A program made the translations under genes and the position numbers. From Emiliania huxleyi CCMP1516 (Eukaryota), in contig NW_005201493.1 of NCBI RefSeq assembly GCF_000372725.1, positions 218,475 to 282,474 on the forward strand: a stretch of 64,000 nucleotides of DNA, read 5' to 3'. Shown here piece by piece: positions 36,962 through 49,300 of the stretch (positions are counted from its first letter, which is position 1; every line of letters starts with the position of its first letter). The notes beneath the pieces are model-generated. The model was given only the letters and a program-made list of their open reading frames with translations. It made no database searches and was not told the DNA's origin.

Positions 36962-39344
36962 ATGCCAGCCGCGCTGCTACCTCTCCTCTGCTCCTTCGCT
37001 CCTCCCCCACCCGAGCCACCGCTGCCGCCATGCGGCAGCAAGATGGCAAACTGCCGCCCTCCACCTCCAAGCCCGTCGCCGCCTCCCGCTCCGCCGCCTG
37101 GTGCGCCAGCAGGACCTCCGCCACACCCCGTCGCGCCTTCAGCCTGGCGACGGTTCGAGTTTGCCGACGGCAACGACGGTGAGTGGGGGCCGGACGTGAG
37201 CTACTCACAAACTCCACTCTGGTGCGCCGCCGGCGCGATCGTCGTTTTCCAGTGGCACAACTCCTCCACCGATTTGGTGCGGCTGTCGAGCGAGCAGGCG
37301 TGGGAGAGCTGCGACGTGAGCGGTGCGACTACCATCGCCCCACGAAACATGACCGGCCAGCTTCATCTTACGTGCGAGGCCGGCCAGCGCTATTTCCTGA
37401 CGACGAGCGCCGCGGCCGAGTGCCGGGCGGGCCAAAAGCTACGGGTCTTTGCGAGTGGCTCGGTTTTCGCACACGATCCGAATTCCGGCGAGACGCTGCT
37501 GCACGTCCTCTCGATGGATCGCGTCTACACCCTCCTCGGGCATCGCGACTCCGGGCTCGGATTTTCGGAGCTCTCCCGCGGCTACCAGACGGAAGAGCTG
37601 GCGGCGTCGACATTGGAGCTGATCTGGTGCCTCGACGCATCAGGGCGATGAGACCACCCGTCTCACCGCCCTTAGCTTCGTCAGCCCCTCCGCAGGTGCC
37701 TGCTCGATCACTGCCCGCAGTCTGCCATGGACTTCGATCCGACCGCCACAAACGCGTCTTGCCTCGCCGAGGTCTACACTCTCGCCGGCTTCGTCACGCG
37801 CATGCGGCCTGTGCCCAACTACACCCTCGCGCTTGAGTACTACCAGGCCAGCCGCCCTGGCCCTCGTTCATGCTAGCCCGCTAGTGGAGATGAGACTTGA
37901 CCCTCGCCCTGTGGTTTCTATCAGACGGCAATCTCTGCTGTGGATGGTCTGCGCCAGTGCACTGCGCTGGGCTATCTCTCCGAGACGCATGCGCAAGCCG
38001 CCGACGAGACGGCGGCGCTCGAGGCGGCCAGCAACCTCGTCGCCACATGCGGTGCGCTGAATCATGAATGCTCCCGGGCGATGGGTGTGCGGAGCCCAGC
38101 CCGGTTGCCTGCACCCGCGGTCCCCGCAGGTGCAGACTCGCCTGAGGCTCGCCACGCGCGCCACGCCTTTGCGAAGGCAGGGCTGCTTTGGCCGCTCATC
38201 CACCCGCCGACGTCCCCTCCCCCTCCCTCGCCGCCGCCGGCAAGCCCCCCTCTAGCGCCACCGCCTCCCTCCCCGCCTTCCGCACCGCCGATCCCCGCCC
38301 CCCCGCGCTCGCCCCCAACGCCACCGAGTCCACAGCCCGTCGCAATCACCTGGGCCGTCCCGACGAGCCCGCAATCTGCGGCGGTCCGCGTCGGCGGCGT
38401 CGTCACCTTTACATGGGACGGCTTTCACAACGTCTACCTCTCTGGAAGCAGGGCCGACTTTGACTCCTGGGCCACTCCTGGCGGTACTTCTCGTCCTCGT
38501 TACTCCGTTTACGAAGGTTCTATCCTTTTAGTTTCTTGATGACTCTGGGAGTCTTCTTACTAAATCCTTTNNNNNNNNNNNNNNNNNNNNNNNNNNNNNN
38601 NNNNNNNNNNNNNNNNNNNNNNNNNNNNNNNNNNNNNNNNNNNNNNNNNNNNNNNNNNNNNNNNNNNNNNNNNNNNNNNNNNNNNNNNNNNNNNNNNNNN
38701 NNNNNNNNNNNNNNNNNNNNNNNNNNNNNNNNNNNNNNNNNNNNNNNNNNNNNNNNNNNNNNNNNNNNNNNNNNNNNNNNNNNNNNNNNNNNNNNNNNNN
38801 NNNNNNNNNNNNNNNNNNNNNNNNNNNNNNNNNNNNNNNNNNNNNNNNNNNNNNNNNNNNNNNNNNNNNNNNNNNNNNNNNNNNNNNNNNNNNNNNNNNN
38901 NNNNNNNNNNNNNNNNNNGCCCCCGCCAACTCTCCCACCTTACATCCCCAAAAGAGGAGCCGCAAGCGCTTGCGCCGCCTCCCTAGCCGCGGCCTCCACC
39001 AACCTACCTTCCGCCTCCCTAGACGTTGCCCTCGCCGCCGCCGCCCTCAGCCTCGCTTTCTCCGCCGCCACCCTCGCCGCCGCCCGCCGCCGATGCAGCC
39101 GCCGCCGCTTCCTTCATCCGGGCCTCCACCTCGACCGTCGCCGCCCTCGGGCCAGTCGAGCTCGGGGATCTCGGCTGGAGCCATCGGCGGAGTCGTTGGC
39201 AGCGTGATGTGCGGCCTGCTGGTGCTCGGCATCTTTGTGTACTGCACGGCGGCGAGGCGCGCGAGTGCGTCGCGGACGGTGAAAGAGTCGCCGAGTGGTG
39301 GCGTGCAGGGCCCCCTGGTGGCGAGCGAAGTCGAGCGCATGTGA
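36962..39344 (+). CDS. Type I membrane protein with phytocyanin/cupredoxin-like domains and Pro-rich linkers; spans a gap
   Basis: W..DVSY...VVF.W....DLVRL...W.SCD...YFL...C.AGQKL; second unit VTFTWDGFHNVY; C-terminal TM AIGGVVGSVMCGLLVLGIFVYC. Confidence 0.65.
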
Positions 39345-40309
39345 AGGGCTTCCGCGGCATGCTAGCTTCACGGCTAGCTTTTGCTTCTCGCAGGAATCGC
39401 TGAAATTCCTAGGCGGCTCCCGTGGTGTGTACTGTGTTAGTGCAGGGTGGGCGCAGCCCGTGCCGAGTGTTGTGCGATATAGAATTTTTGTGTTGCGTTG
39501 TGTGTGAGAGAGAGAGAGAGAGATTCTTCCCCGCGTTGTTGAATCGTGCTATATAGAGTTGTTTGTTTGAGTTATATGGAATCCCCTTTCCTTCATCCTG
39601 TGTTAGTGCCAGTGCGCGCCCGGTGCCGTCAAATTCTTTCTTCGTAAGCACTGCGCCTGTATCGTGCATGAGCACAGCCTCGAACGAGGTCGGCTATCCC
39701 GAGTTCGTTGAGCACCGACGCCAGGCCTTAGTTCACGCCAGGTACCTTTTTGACCCCTCGTACCTATTTGAACCCACCGAATTCCTTGGCCCCCGCAGCT
39801 GTGATACAAAAGTGGGGACTCGCCGCGCGGCGCGCCCCCCAAAAAACTTGTGGGATTGATTGATGGGAAGGCGAAACACAAGTCCGACCAACGACTGGGA
39901 CACCAACGCGGTATGGGTGGACGCTAGACGGGCGATGACGGTCACACAGGAGCGACACACAGAACCACAAGACAAGACACTCAGCCAACAGGGCGGCTGC
40001 CACACATCCTGAGCGAACTTCAATAGTCACCCGCGGCCGGACTCCATCCGGCACGCGTCGCTGGGCGCTCAGAGCTGCGTCCCCTGCTCGCCACCCCGAC
40101 GCCCAAGGCGCCCGAGCGAACGACAGGCGGCACGCGAAGACTGGTTGCAATCCCGCCGACCGCCAGGCCGCTGTGGGAGTCCTGCGGTAAAATTCTTTTT
40201 CGCCAGCACTGTTTTTTCCCGCCGCGGTACTCGCAGGTGGTTCGACAGGCGGCGTGCGCCTCGACTCGCGGCTCGGTGTGTCGACAGTGTGTGCCTCAGA
40301 CGCGCCTCG

Positions 40310-41145
40310 ATGCCGATCTCCATCTCTCAGCGAGAGGTCTCCCGCCTCAACGCGTTCCTGCCGGATGGCCAGCGCACGTACTCCAAGCGAGACGAGCTCC
40401 AGTCGGAGCGCATCCGCAGCCTCTTCCACTCGGGGCCGGCCGAAGAGCGTGCATGCGGCGGCGGGCGGCGGCTGGTGCCGCTGCACTCGTCGCCCAATAT
40501 CTACAAGGTCGAGCGCTTCGTGTCGCCGCGCGAGATCGAGCATCTCGACCGCCTCATCACCTCTCGGCGCGCCGCCTTCAAGCGCTCGCACACGGACGAC
40601 GTCGAGGGCAACGACGCCCTGACGGCGGAGCGGACGTCGCTCTCCCTCATCCTCCCCAAGGGCGCGGACGCCACTCTCCGGGCGATCGAGGCGCGCGTCC
40701 GACTGTGCATATGACTGGGCCAACTTTTCCGGAACCTTCTCCGAACCTTCTTGGAACCTTCGAGCAGGCGCGCGCGACCGACTTGGTCGGCTTGCCTCCG
40801 GACCACGTCGAGCCGCTGCAGGTCGTCTCACGCGCGCACACACTCGCACCACACACTCACACAGACGCGCACACACGCGCTCTCCCCTCCGCGCTCTGCT
40901 GGGCAAAAGCACTTGAGGTACATATGTGCCTTCGCGCACCGGGCCTTGCTTGCACTTGCAACGTATCTCCCCCGATCTTGCCATATCTCGCCATATCTCC
41001 CCATATCTCCCCATATCTCCCCACATCTCCCCACATCTCCCCACATCTCCCCGTATCTCAGGTCGTCTCTTACGCAGAGGGCGCCCGCTTCGACCTCCAC
41101 CACGACCTCGGAGTGCTGACGATGGAGGACGACGAGGCCGCCGAA
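40310..41145 (+). pseudogene. Truncated duplicate of the prolyl 4-hydroxylase-like gene (5' part only)
   Basis: Near-identical to 46320-47266, introns included; identity stops abruptly at 41145. Confidence 0.8.
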
Positions 41146-43323
41146 GCTTCGCCGCCATGGCGCGCTGGAGCTGCTCGGCGCTCATGCATCCGGCGCCGCA
41201 GACGTCGTTGAGGATGTCGGGGCGCAGCGAGCGCGCGCGATCTTGCAGATTGGGAAGCGCGCTCGCTCGCACGAGGTAAAAGTCCGTCGCGCTGAGACCT
41301 GCCTCCTTGGCCGCTCCGAGTCTCGTCAGCCGGAATGTGGCAAAGACGGGGGCGCCCGTGCCGAGGGGCGCCTCTCCGGCGGACTCCTTCCAGAGCAGCA
41401 TCAAACACTGGAAGAGCTTGCGGCAGCGGCGTGCGGCGGGGGGAAAGGGCGCCTGCGACGCCGTCGAGGGGGCACGGCGCAAGAGGTCAGCGGCGCGAAC
41501 CTGCCCGCGGGAGTGTCCCGGGCGGCTCGCCGCGCCGTGACAAGGCGGAGGCCGCAGTGTTCGAGCAGGTCCTCCAGCGAGCCGCGCGAGGAGCTCGGGG
41601 CTCGCCTCCAATCGGGGCGGAGCTCGTCGAGGGCAGCGTCCGCCTCGGCAGCCGGCGCGTGGGGCTGCGGTGCGCCGCCGCCGGTGTACGACACTCTGAG
41701 CGGCTTTCCTGAAGAGTCCACCTTCAACAGCGCCTGCCACACCACCCTCTTCTCCTGCGCGTTGGCGAGGAGCCAGTCTCCTTCTGCGACGTGGCGGAGC
41801 AGCTCGGCAGCCTGGGCCCGGCCGCTCACCGCCCGCTCCACCGCCTCGGCGGCCCGCCGCCGCCGGAGCTCGTAGTCGTCTTCTGCACCTGCGTCGGCCC
41901 GAGCGGAGGCCCCCGTGTCGCGCCCGGCGGGGACCTCCTGGTTGGATGGCGCAGCTTGGGCCTGCGGGTTGTGCCCGACCACACCGTGGCCGACGACCAC
42001 TGGCGGGGTCGTCGCGACGCCGGCCGGTGCGGCTGGGGCGCGTGGCTCTAGCGCCTTTAGCGCGGCGTTTGCTGACGGCGACGCGCTCTCAGCCGATGGC
42101 GGTTCGCTCTCGCCGCCTGTCGCCTCATCCGCTAGTGTCTCCACAGCCGCTTCGGCCGCCGCTGCCGCCGCCGCTGCCGGCTCGCCGATGAAAGCAGTCA
42201 GTAGCGCGAGCATCTCGCTGAAGGACATCTCTCGGTTCTCCACCTCGTTCCATGCCTTGTGGATGACGGAGTAGCCGCTGAAGCCGACGCCGCCGCTGTG
42301 CCGCTCGTACTCCTCGTACTTCTCGAGCAGGTAGGCGAGGATGCGATCGGCCTTGGTCCTGCTATACCTGCGCCGCAGGTGCTGCACAAAGGCCGCCGAC
42401 ATCTTGAATTCGTTGTAGCGCGGTGGGCCCTCGTACTGCGGCGGCATCAGCCGCTCAACTCTAAGCACCTCGGTCTGCTCTCGGATAGAGTAGGTTTCCT
42501 CCTGCCTTCCGTCTGGGCCGACTGTGACGTGCTTTTTAAAGACCCATGACGCGATGAAGGGAGGCCAGCCGTTGCCGGCAGCGGCCTCCTCCTCCGCGGG
42601 CGGAGACAAGAGCCAAAAGCCTTGCTGCCACGCGGTAGCGGCGCCAACATCCTCCTGCGTCAGCCCGAGCTCCATGAGCTTGCCCAGATCAATCTCGCCG
42701 AGCGCACGCCAAGTCACCGGCGAGGCTGCCCCCGGGGGGAAGCACTCCCTGAGCTGGCTAAAGACTGTCCCGTGCGCCTTGCTGAACTCCTGGCCCTGCC
42801 CCACTAGCTCGCCATACCGATGCACGCTCTCCTTCAGCTCCAGCTTCACCTTTTTGAGCCTCGAGGCGGTATCAGTCGGCTCGATCTGCCGTTTGCTCCG
42901 ACGCACCGGCGGACCGCCGCGGCTTCTCACAACAGCGGGCGCCAGCGAGTTGCCATCGACGTCGATCATGTCAGCGACCAACTTGATTTGGCCGGACCGC
43001 CACTGGATGAGCTCAGCCTGCGTGTAGTGCAGTGCAGCCGCCAGCACGCGCTGGACTGGATGAGCTGGAGCGCATTTGAACTCACCCGCAGCAAACTGCA
43101 GCGCTGCTCCGTTCTGCTTCGTAGCCGCCAGGACAATATCGTGATCCATGCGCATTGCCTTTGAAGCGTACTTGAGTGCCAAGCCGTTCTGCTGCACGGC
43201 CGACAGCACGAGTTCGCGATCAGAGCGATGCGATGCCGCGGCGTGCTCGAGCGCCAAGCCGTCCTGCTGCACGGCCGTAACCGTATCCTGCCGAGACATC
43301 TCAGCGGCTGTGCGGCCTGCCAT
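41146..43323 (-). CDS. DUF4116-repeat protein with a central XH-like domain; 3' end runs into a rearrangement junction
   Basis: AV.Q.G.AL..A....D...VL repeats; RALGEID...WQ...W.PF...L....E.E....SGY....AWN..E.R...F.E. Confidence 0.7.
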
Positions 43324-43645
43324 GGCCGGTCGGCTGTTCGTCGGTCGGACTCACACCAGACTCATGGTAGCCAACTCTTGCCGCGAAAGTTTAGGCGTGG
43401 TCGACGTTCCGCGCTGTGTGTCGCGCCTGAGCTCGCCCTTGCCGCCCGAGGCTACCCGGGAACCACAGACAGCATCAAAGGACACGCTAGATGTGCTTGT
43501 GACGGACGCGTCTCTCGTGATCGCGGCACGAGCAGTGCTGTGTGCGGCGCTCGCCACTCGCGACTGTGAGCATGCTTGACGGCGGACGGCTGTGGTTGCT
43601 CAGATGGCCTTATGACGACCCCATTTCGACATCGTTCCTAAGACA

Positions 43646-43827
43646 GGTACCCATGAGCTCCATGCGGGAATGACTGGCTCAACCAATTGATCACAAATTC
43701 CCTCGGAAACCTCGAAGACGTCAAATTATGCTCTCAGGAGGACCAATTTTACCGTTTAGAGAGACTTCGTGGGAATTTGTGATCAATTGGTTGACCCAGG
43801 CATTCCCGCATGGAGCTCATGGGTACC
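43646..43827. repeat. 57-bp inverted repeat (2 mismatches) with a 68-bp spacer
   Basis: 43646-43702 is the reverse complement of 43771-43827. Confidence 0.9.
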
Positions 43828-45100
43828 CGTCCCAGGAAACANNNNNNNNNNNNNNNNNNNNNNNNNNNNNNNNNNNNNNNNNNNNNNNNNNNNNNNNNNN
43901 NNNNNNNNNNNNNNNNNNNNNNNNNNNNNNNNNNNNNNNNNATAAAATTGTCCATTAGTCGGTATGTAAAAAATACACAGAACCAGCCGTAAGCATTACG
44001 AACAAAGCAATATCGAAGGTGCCATCGGGAGGTCCGTGTACATTAAGGAAAGTCAGAGAGGGGGCGTCATAAGGCCATCTTAGTGGCTACACGGCCTGCC
44101 ACGGGTTGTGAGCCGCGACTCTGGACGACTCTGAACCGGCGCTTGATGCGGGCGTAGCTTGGCCTGTACGAGGTTTTCCGGAAAACAAAAAGGAAAACAG
44201 AGGGTCCCCAGCACTTTGCGTTGCCGGAAATTTCCAGGGAAAACAGAGGGTGTTTGGTGCTCCATTCTGGAAACTCGCGAGTTTCCCTGAGTCTGAGAGC
44301 TGGTCTGGGGCAAAATCTGAGGCAAAATTGAGGAGTCGACAAAATACCCAGGCGGTCGCAGGGTAATTTCCAGGTCTACACGGGTTCTCCGCAAAATTCC
44401 CGGCATTTTGACGATTTGGCCTAAAATTTGGCTGATTTTGGGCCCAAACCAGCCTCAGACTCGGCTCAGAGCCAAAAATTTGACGATTTCCACGGAGTTT
44501 TCTCGGGAAAATAGAGAGGAAAAGAGAGGGTGCTGTAGAGAAAAAAGGAAAGGAAAACAGACGGGGTGCGAGAGGAAAACCTCGTACAGCCTAAGGCGTA
44601 GCTTGCGATCCCGACCCCTTGCGCGATGCGCCTCTTGATGCATTCTACCATCTACTCGCACATGGCAAGCATGGGCGACGCCTCACGCCCCATGCCGGCC
44701 ATCCAAGATATGCGCGCGCCAAGGTTTTCCGTTAAATTCTTTTTCGTGTCGAGCCTGTGTGCTAAAGAAAAGAAAGAAAACAGACAACCCAAGGGAGGGA
44801 TGGGAGAACGGCACGCCGCCACCACACAGGGATTTTAAGGAGAGGAGTGTGATGCGCTAGCCGTCGCCTACCCTAGGGAGTCTGCCTCTTCCTATCTCTC
44901 TTCGCAGTCTCTCTCCGATTCTCGCTTCAACCTTCGTGCCACCTCGCGGCCGTCCCACTCTCGTCGCTCTCTCCCTTGTCACTTCCTCCAGCCTGTGTGC
45001 TGTGAGAGAGAGTTGTTTTGTTCATATTCTTTTTCGTGCCTGTGTGCTGTGAGAGAGAGTTGTTTTGTTTAAATTCTTTTTCGTTGTAAAATTCTTTTTG

Positions 45101-46194
45101 GGTGAGCCAGGATGGCGCCGGCGCCTTCCTCAACGCCATCCCAATGCGGGATGACATGCGAATGGAGACTTGGGCGATGCGTCTTTCGGTGCAGCGCCGC
45201 CTGGGTCTCCCCCTCGACGTGGCCTGCCAGGCCGCGGCGGCGGGCAAGAAGACTCGGAATGGGAAGACCCACGACGAGTATGGCGACGCTGCTGTCAACG
45301 TACCGCAGCAGGGCCACAACACCAGACACAAGTACACGCTTCGACGCCTCATCCTCGCCCTACGCGCCGCGTGGGGCACCGCTGTGCGAATGGAGCCGAA
45401 AGCCCACCTCGGTCAGAGTTACAACAAACAACCCGACGTGGACGCGGACAACATTGGCTCGCACGGCACGCACTATTGCGGAGACGTCAAGGTCGTCTGT
45501 CCCCTCAGCAGCAGCGGGGAGCACGGTCGGAAGGGCGCTTTTGTCGCTTTCGGCAACACTGAATCATTCTACCGGAACATGGTCATGGGGCATGGGCCCT
45601 ACTGCGAGGAGGGAGAGGGAGGTGGGGGGCAGGGAGAGGGGGGGGGAGAGGAGGAGGGGGGGGGGGAGGGGGAGGGGTACGGGGGGGGCGGCATGGAGGG
45701 GGAGAGGAAGAGCAAGGGCGAGAGAGGGCAAGGGACTGGGCGCTGGCATACCAGGGGGGGCAGGGTGGTGGGCGGCGACCGCCGCATACCGTCCTACGGC
45801 GGGGACTATCGCTACGCCAGGGAAGACAAGGGCGTCGAAGTGCAGCTGCTGCTGTTCGAATCGTTCGGCGGGTTCGGAAAGGGGGTCCGTGAGATCCTCC
45901 GGAGAGCGGCGGACGTGCTACAGAACAAGCTGACGCGGGCCCAGTACCTCGATGAGGTGACTTGGACCACCAAGAGCTGGCTGGGGCTGCAGAAGCAGCG
46001 CATCTCAGTCGTTCTTCACACGGCCATCGCAGAGCAGGTCGTGAATGAGCTTGCCTGTGGCGGGGGTGGGCGGGTGCACGGAGCTAAGTGCCTCGCCACC
46101 CTCGCAGGAGTCGCTTAGGCGGCTCCCGTGGTGTACCTGTGTTCGTGCCAGTGCGCGCCAGTCCCGTGCCCAGTGTTGTGCGAGGGAGTTTGCG
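45101..46194 (+). mobile_element. 5'-truncated CRE-like non-LTR retrotransposon (restriction-like endonuclease region plus 3' UTR)
   Basis: AGAFLNAIP, RRLGLP, RH, EP...PD...D, E.FG..G and R.S..L motifs typical of CRE-clade C-termini. Imperfect flanking direct repeat GTAA.ATTCTTTTT..GTGAGC. No RT domain. Confidence 0.8.
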
Positions 46195-46319
46195 GTAAGA
46201 TTCTTTTTCGTGAGCACTGTTCCCGCGTTTTGCCTGGGTACTCGCAGGTGGTTTCGACAGGCGGCGTGCGCCTCGACTCGCGGCTCGGTGTGTCGACAGT
46301 GCGCCTCAGACGCGCCTCG

Positions 46320-49300
46320 ATGCCGATCTCCATCTCTCAGCGAGAGGTCTCCCGCCTCAACGCGTTCCTGCCGGATGGCCAGCGCACGTACTCCAAGCGA
46401 GACGAGCTCCAGTCGGAGCGCATCCGCAGCCTCTTCCACTCGGGGCCGGCCGAAGAGCGTGCATGCGGCGGCGGGCGGCGGCTGGTGCCGCTGCACTCGT
46501 CGCCCAATATCTACAAGGTCGAGCGCTTCGTGTCGCCGCGCGAGATCGAGCATCTCGACCGCCTCATCACCTCTCGGCGCGCCGCCTTCAAGCGCTCGCA
46601 CACGGACGACGTCGAGGGCAACGACGCCCTGACGGCGGAGCGGACGTCGCTCTCCCTCATCCTCCCCAAGGGCGCGGACGCCACTCTCCGGGCGATCGAG
46701 GCGCGCGTCCGACTGTGCATATGACTGGGCCAACTTTTCCGGAACCTTCTCCGAACCTTCTTGGAACCTTCGAGCAGGCGCGCGCGACCGACTTGGTCGG
46801 CTTGCCTCCGGACCACGTCGAGCCGCTGCAGGTCGTCTCACGCGCGCACACACTCGCACCACACACTCACACAGACGCGCACACGCGCGCTCTCCCCTTC
46901 TCGCTCTGCTGGGCAAAAGCGCTTGAGGTGTATATGTGTGCCTTCGCGCACCGGGCCTTGCTTGCACTTGCAACGTATCTCCCCCGATCTCGCCATATCT
47001 CGCCATATCTCCCCGATCTCCCCATATCTCCCCCGACTTCCCCACATCTCCCCATATCTCCCCATATCTCCCCACATCTCCCCACATCTCCCCACATCTC
47101 CCCACATCTCCCCACATCTCCCCACATCTCCCCACATCTCCCCACACCTCCCCACATCTCCCCACATCTCCCCGTATCTCAGGTCGTCTCATACGCAGAG
47201 GGCGCCCGCTTCGACCTCCACCACGACCTCGGAGTGCTGACGATGGAGGACGACGAGGCCGCCGAACGCGGAGGCGGCGGAGGCGGCGGAGGCGGCGGAG
47301 GCGGCGGAGGCGGCGGAGGCGGCGGAGGCGGCGGAGGCGGCGGAGGCGGTAGCGGCAGCGAAGGCGGCGGAGGCGGCGGTGGAGGAGGCGGCAGCGGCGG
47401 TAGCGGCGGCAGCGGCGGTAGCGGCGGCAGTAGCGGCAGCGGCGGCAGCGGCGGCAGCGGAGGCGGCGGCGGCGGAGACGGCGCGGGTGGCGACGGCGCG
47501 GGATCCCGCGCGAGCGGCTCGCGGCGGTCGCCGCGGCAGAGCGGCGTACAGGAGGGTGGCACGAGTCAGCTGGACGGGATGCGGGTGGAGGAGGCCGGCT
47601 CGACCGCCTGACAACTGTGAACGGCGCCTCTTCACACCTCCAGCCGTGAACAGGTGTCCGCCCAAGGAGGGGCGCGAGGCCGGGCAATCACGCGGTCAGG
47701 GATGAATGCGGAGCGGCGTCCCACCTTAGGTCGAGGTCACACTGTGAACAGCGTCTCTTCACACCTCTAGCTGTGAATGCGGAGCGGCGTCCCACCTTAG
47801 GTCGAGGTCGGGCCTGGCGCCCGCCGGCTGGTGACCATCTTTGTGTACCTCAACTCGCTCCCGCGCGGCGTCGGCTGCACCGACTTCCCACAGGTCCGCT
47901 CCCCCACGCGCACCGGGCCTTGCACTCTGAATGCCGCGCCGGCTCCTGCCCGTGTGTCCGGGCGTGGAGATGCGAGGGACTGCCCTGGCCCTTGCCCCAC
48001 CTTTGTGTGGTGTGTGGAGATGTCTACCTCCCCTTCCCTTCCCTTCCCTCCCCTCCCCTCCCCACAGCTCAACCTCTCCGTGCAACATCTCCCCACATCT
48101 CCCCACATCTCCCCACATCTCCCCACAGCTCAACCTCTCCGTGCAACCAGCCTGCGGCACGGCCCTCCCTTCCCTTCCCTTCCCTTCCCTTCCCTTCCCT
48201 TCCCTCCCCACAGCTCAACCTCTCCGTGCAACCAGCCTGCGGCACGGCCCTCCCTTCCCTTCCCTTCCCTCCCCTCCCCTCCCCACAGCTCAACCTCTCC
48301 GTGCAACCAGCCTGCGGCACGGCCCTCCCTTCCCTTCCCTTCCCTCCCCTCCCCTCCCCACAGCTCAACCTCTCCGTGCAACCAGCCTGCGGCACGGCCC
48401 TCCCTTCCCTTCCCTTCCCTCCCCTCCCCTCCCCACAGCTCAACCTCTCCGTGCAACCAGCCTGCGGCACGGCCCTCCCTTCCCTTCCCTTCCCTCCCCT
48501 CCCCTCCCCACAGCTCAACCTCTCCGTGCAACCAGCCTGCGGCACGGCCCTCCCTTCCCTTCCCTTCCCTCCCCTCCCCTCCCCACAGCTCAACCTCTCC
48601 GTGCAACCAGCCTGCGGCACGGCCCTCGTCTTTTGCAACGTGTTCGCCGACGGCGCGCCGCACGCCCGAACGCCCCGCCAACTCCCCGGCCGCCTTCCGC
48701 ACACGCAGTCGCGCGTCTCTCCTCCTTGTAGAAAAAAGAAAAAAGCGGCGCCGACTCGTGCGTGACGCACCGCGCGGGCTCCCTCCTGCCCGATGCCCGG
48801 GTTTTTTTTCTTTTTTCTAGGCGCCGCCGACCCGCGCGTCGCGCACTGCGCCCGCCCCGTCGACGCGCCGCACCGCAAGTCTGGCGGCACCGCGTGGCCA
48901 TCAACAAGAAGAGCGGTGTTCGCCAATCGCGAGGAACTATTGATTAGGTTTGGGTGCAACGTGTGGCTGACAGACGTCACAATGCAGGCGGTACCTTGGC
49001 AGACCGTCCCATCTCCCCACATCTCCCCATATCTCCCTGTGTCTCCCCGTATCTCCCGTATCTCCCCATATCTCCCCACATCTCCCCACATCTCCGCCGC
49101 AGGCGCACGCCATCTCCGCGCCGCCCCGCGGCGCCAAGCGACGCCAAGACGCCGCACGCGGCGGCGGCGGCGGCGGCATCCTGTGCGGCGGCCTGCTTGA
49201 CTCCGACTCCGACGCCTTCAACGTGCCTCCGCCCGCCGCGCTCGTCGGCCTCGCCGTCCGGAAGCTCTTCCCGCGCCACGGCACCTTCTCGGGCGCGGGA

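Noticed and set aside
31730..39344. Functional cluster of LPMO-like, formamidase and cupredoxin-like genes
   Set aside because: Adjacency only, with no shared pathway evident, and the first cupredoxin-like domain lacks clear Cu ligands.
39764..41740. 658-aa minus-strand ORF (and 46005-47687)
   Set aside because: Mostly an antisense shadow of the P4H gene in high-GC DNA.
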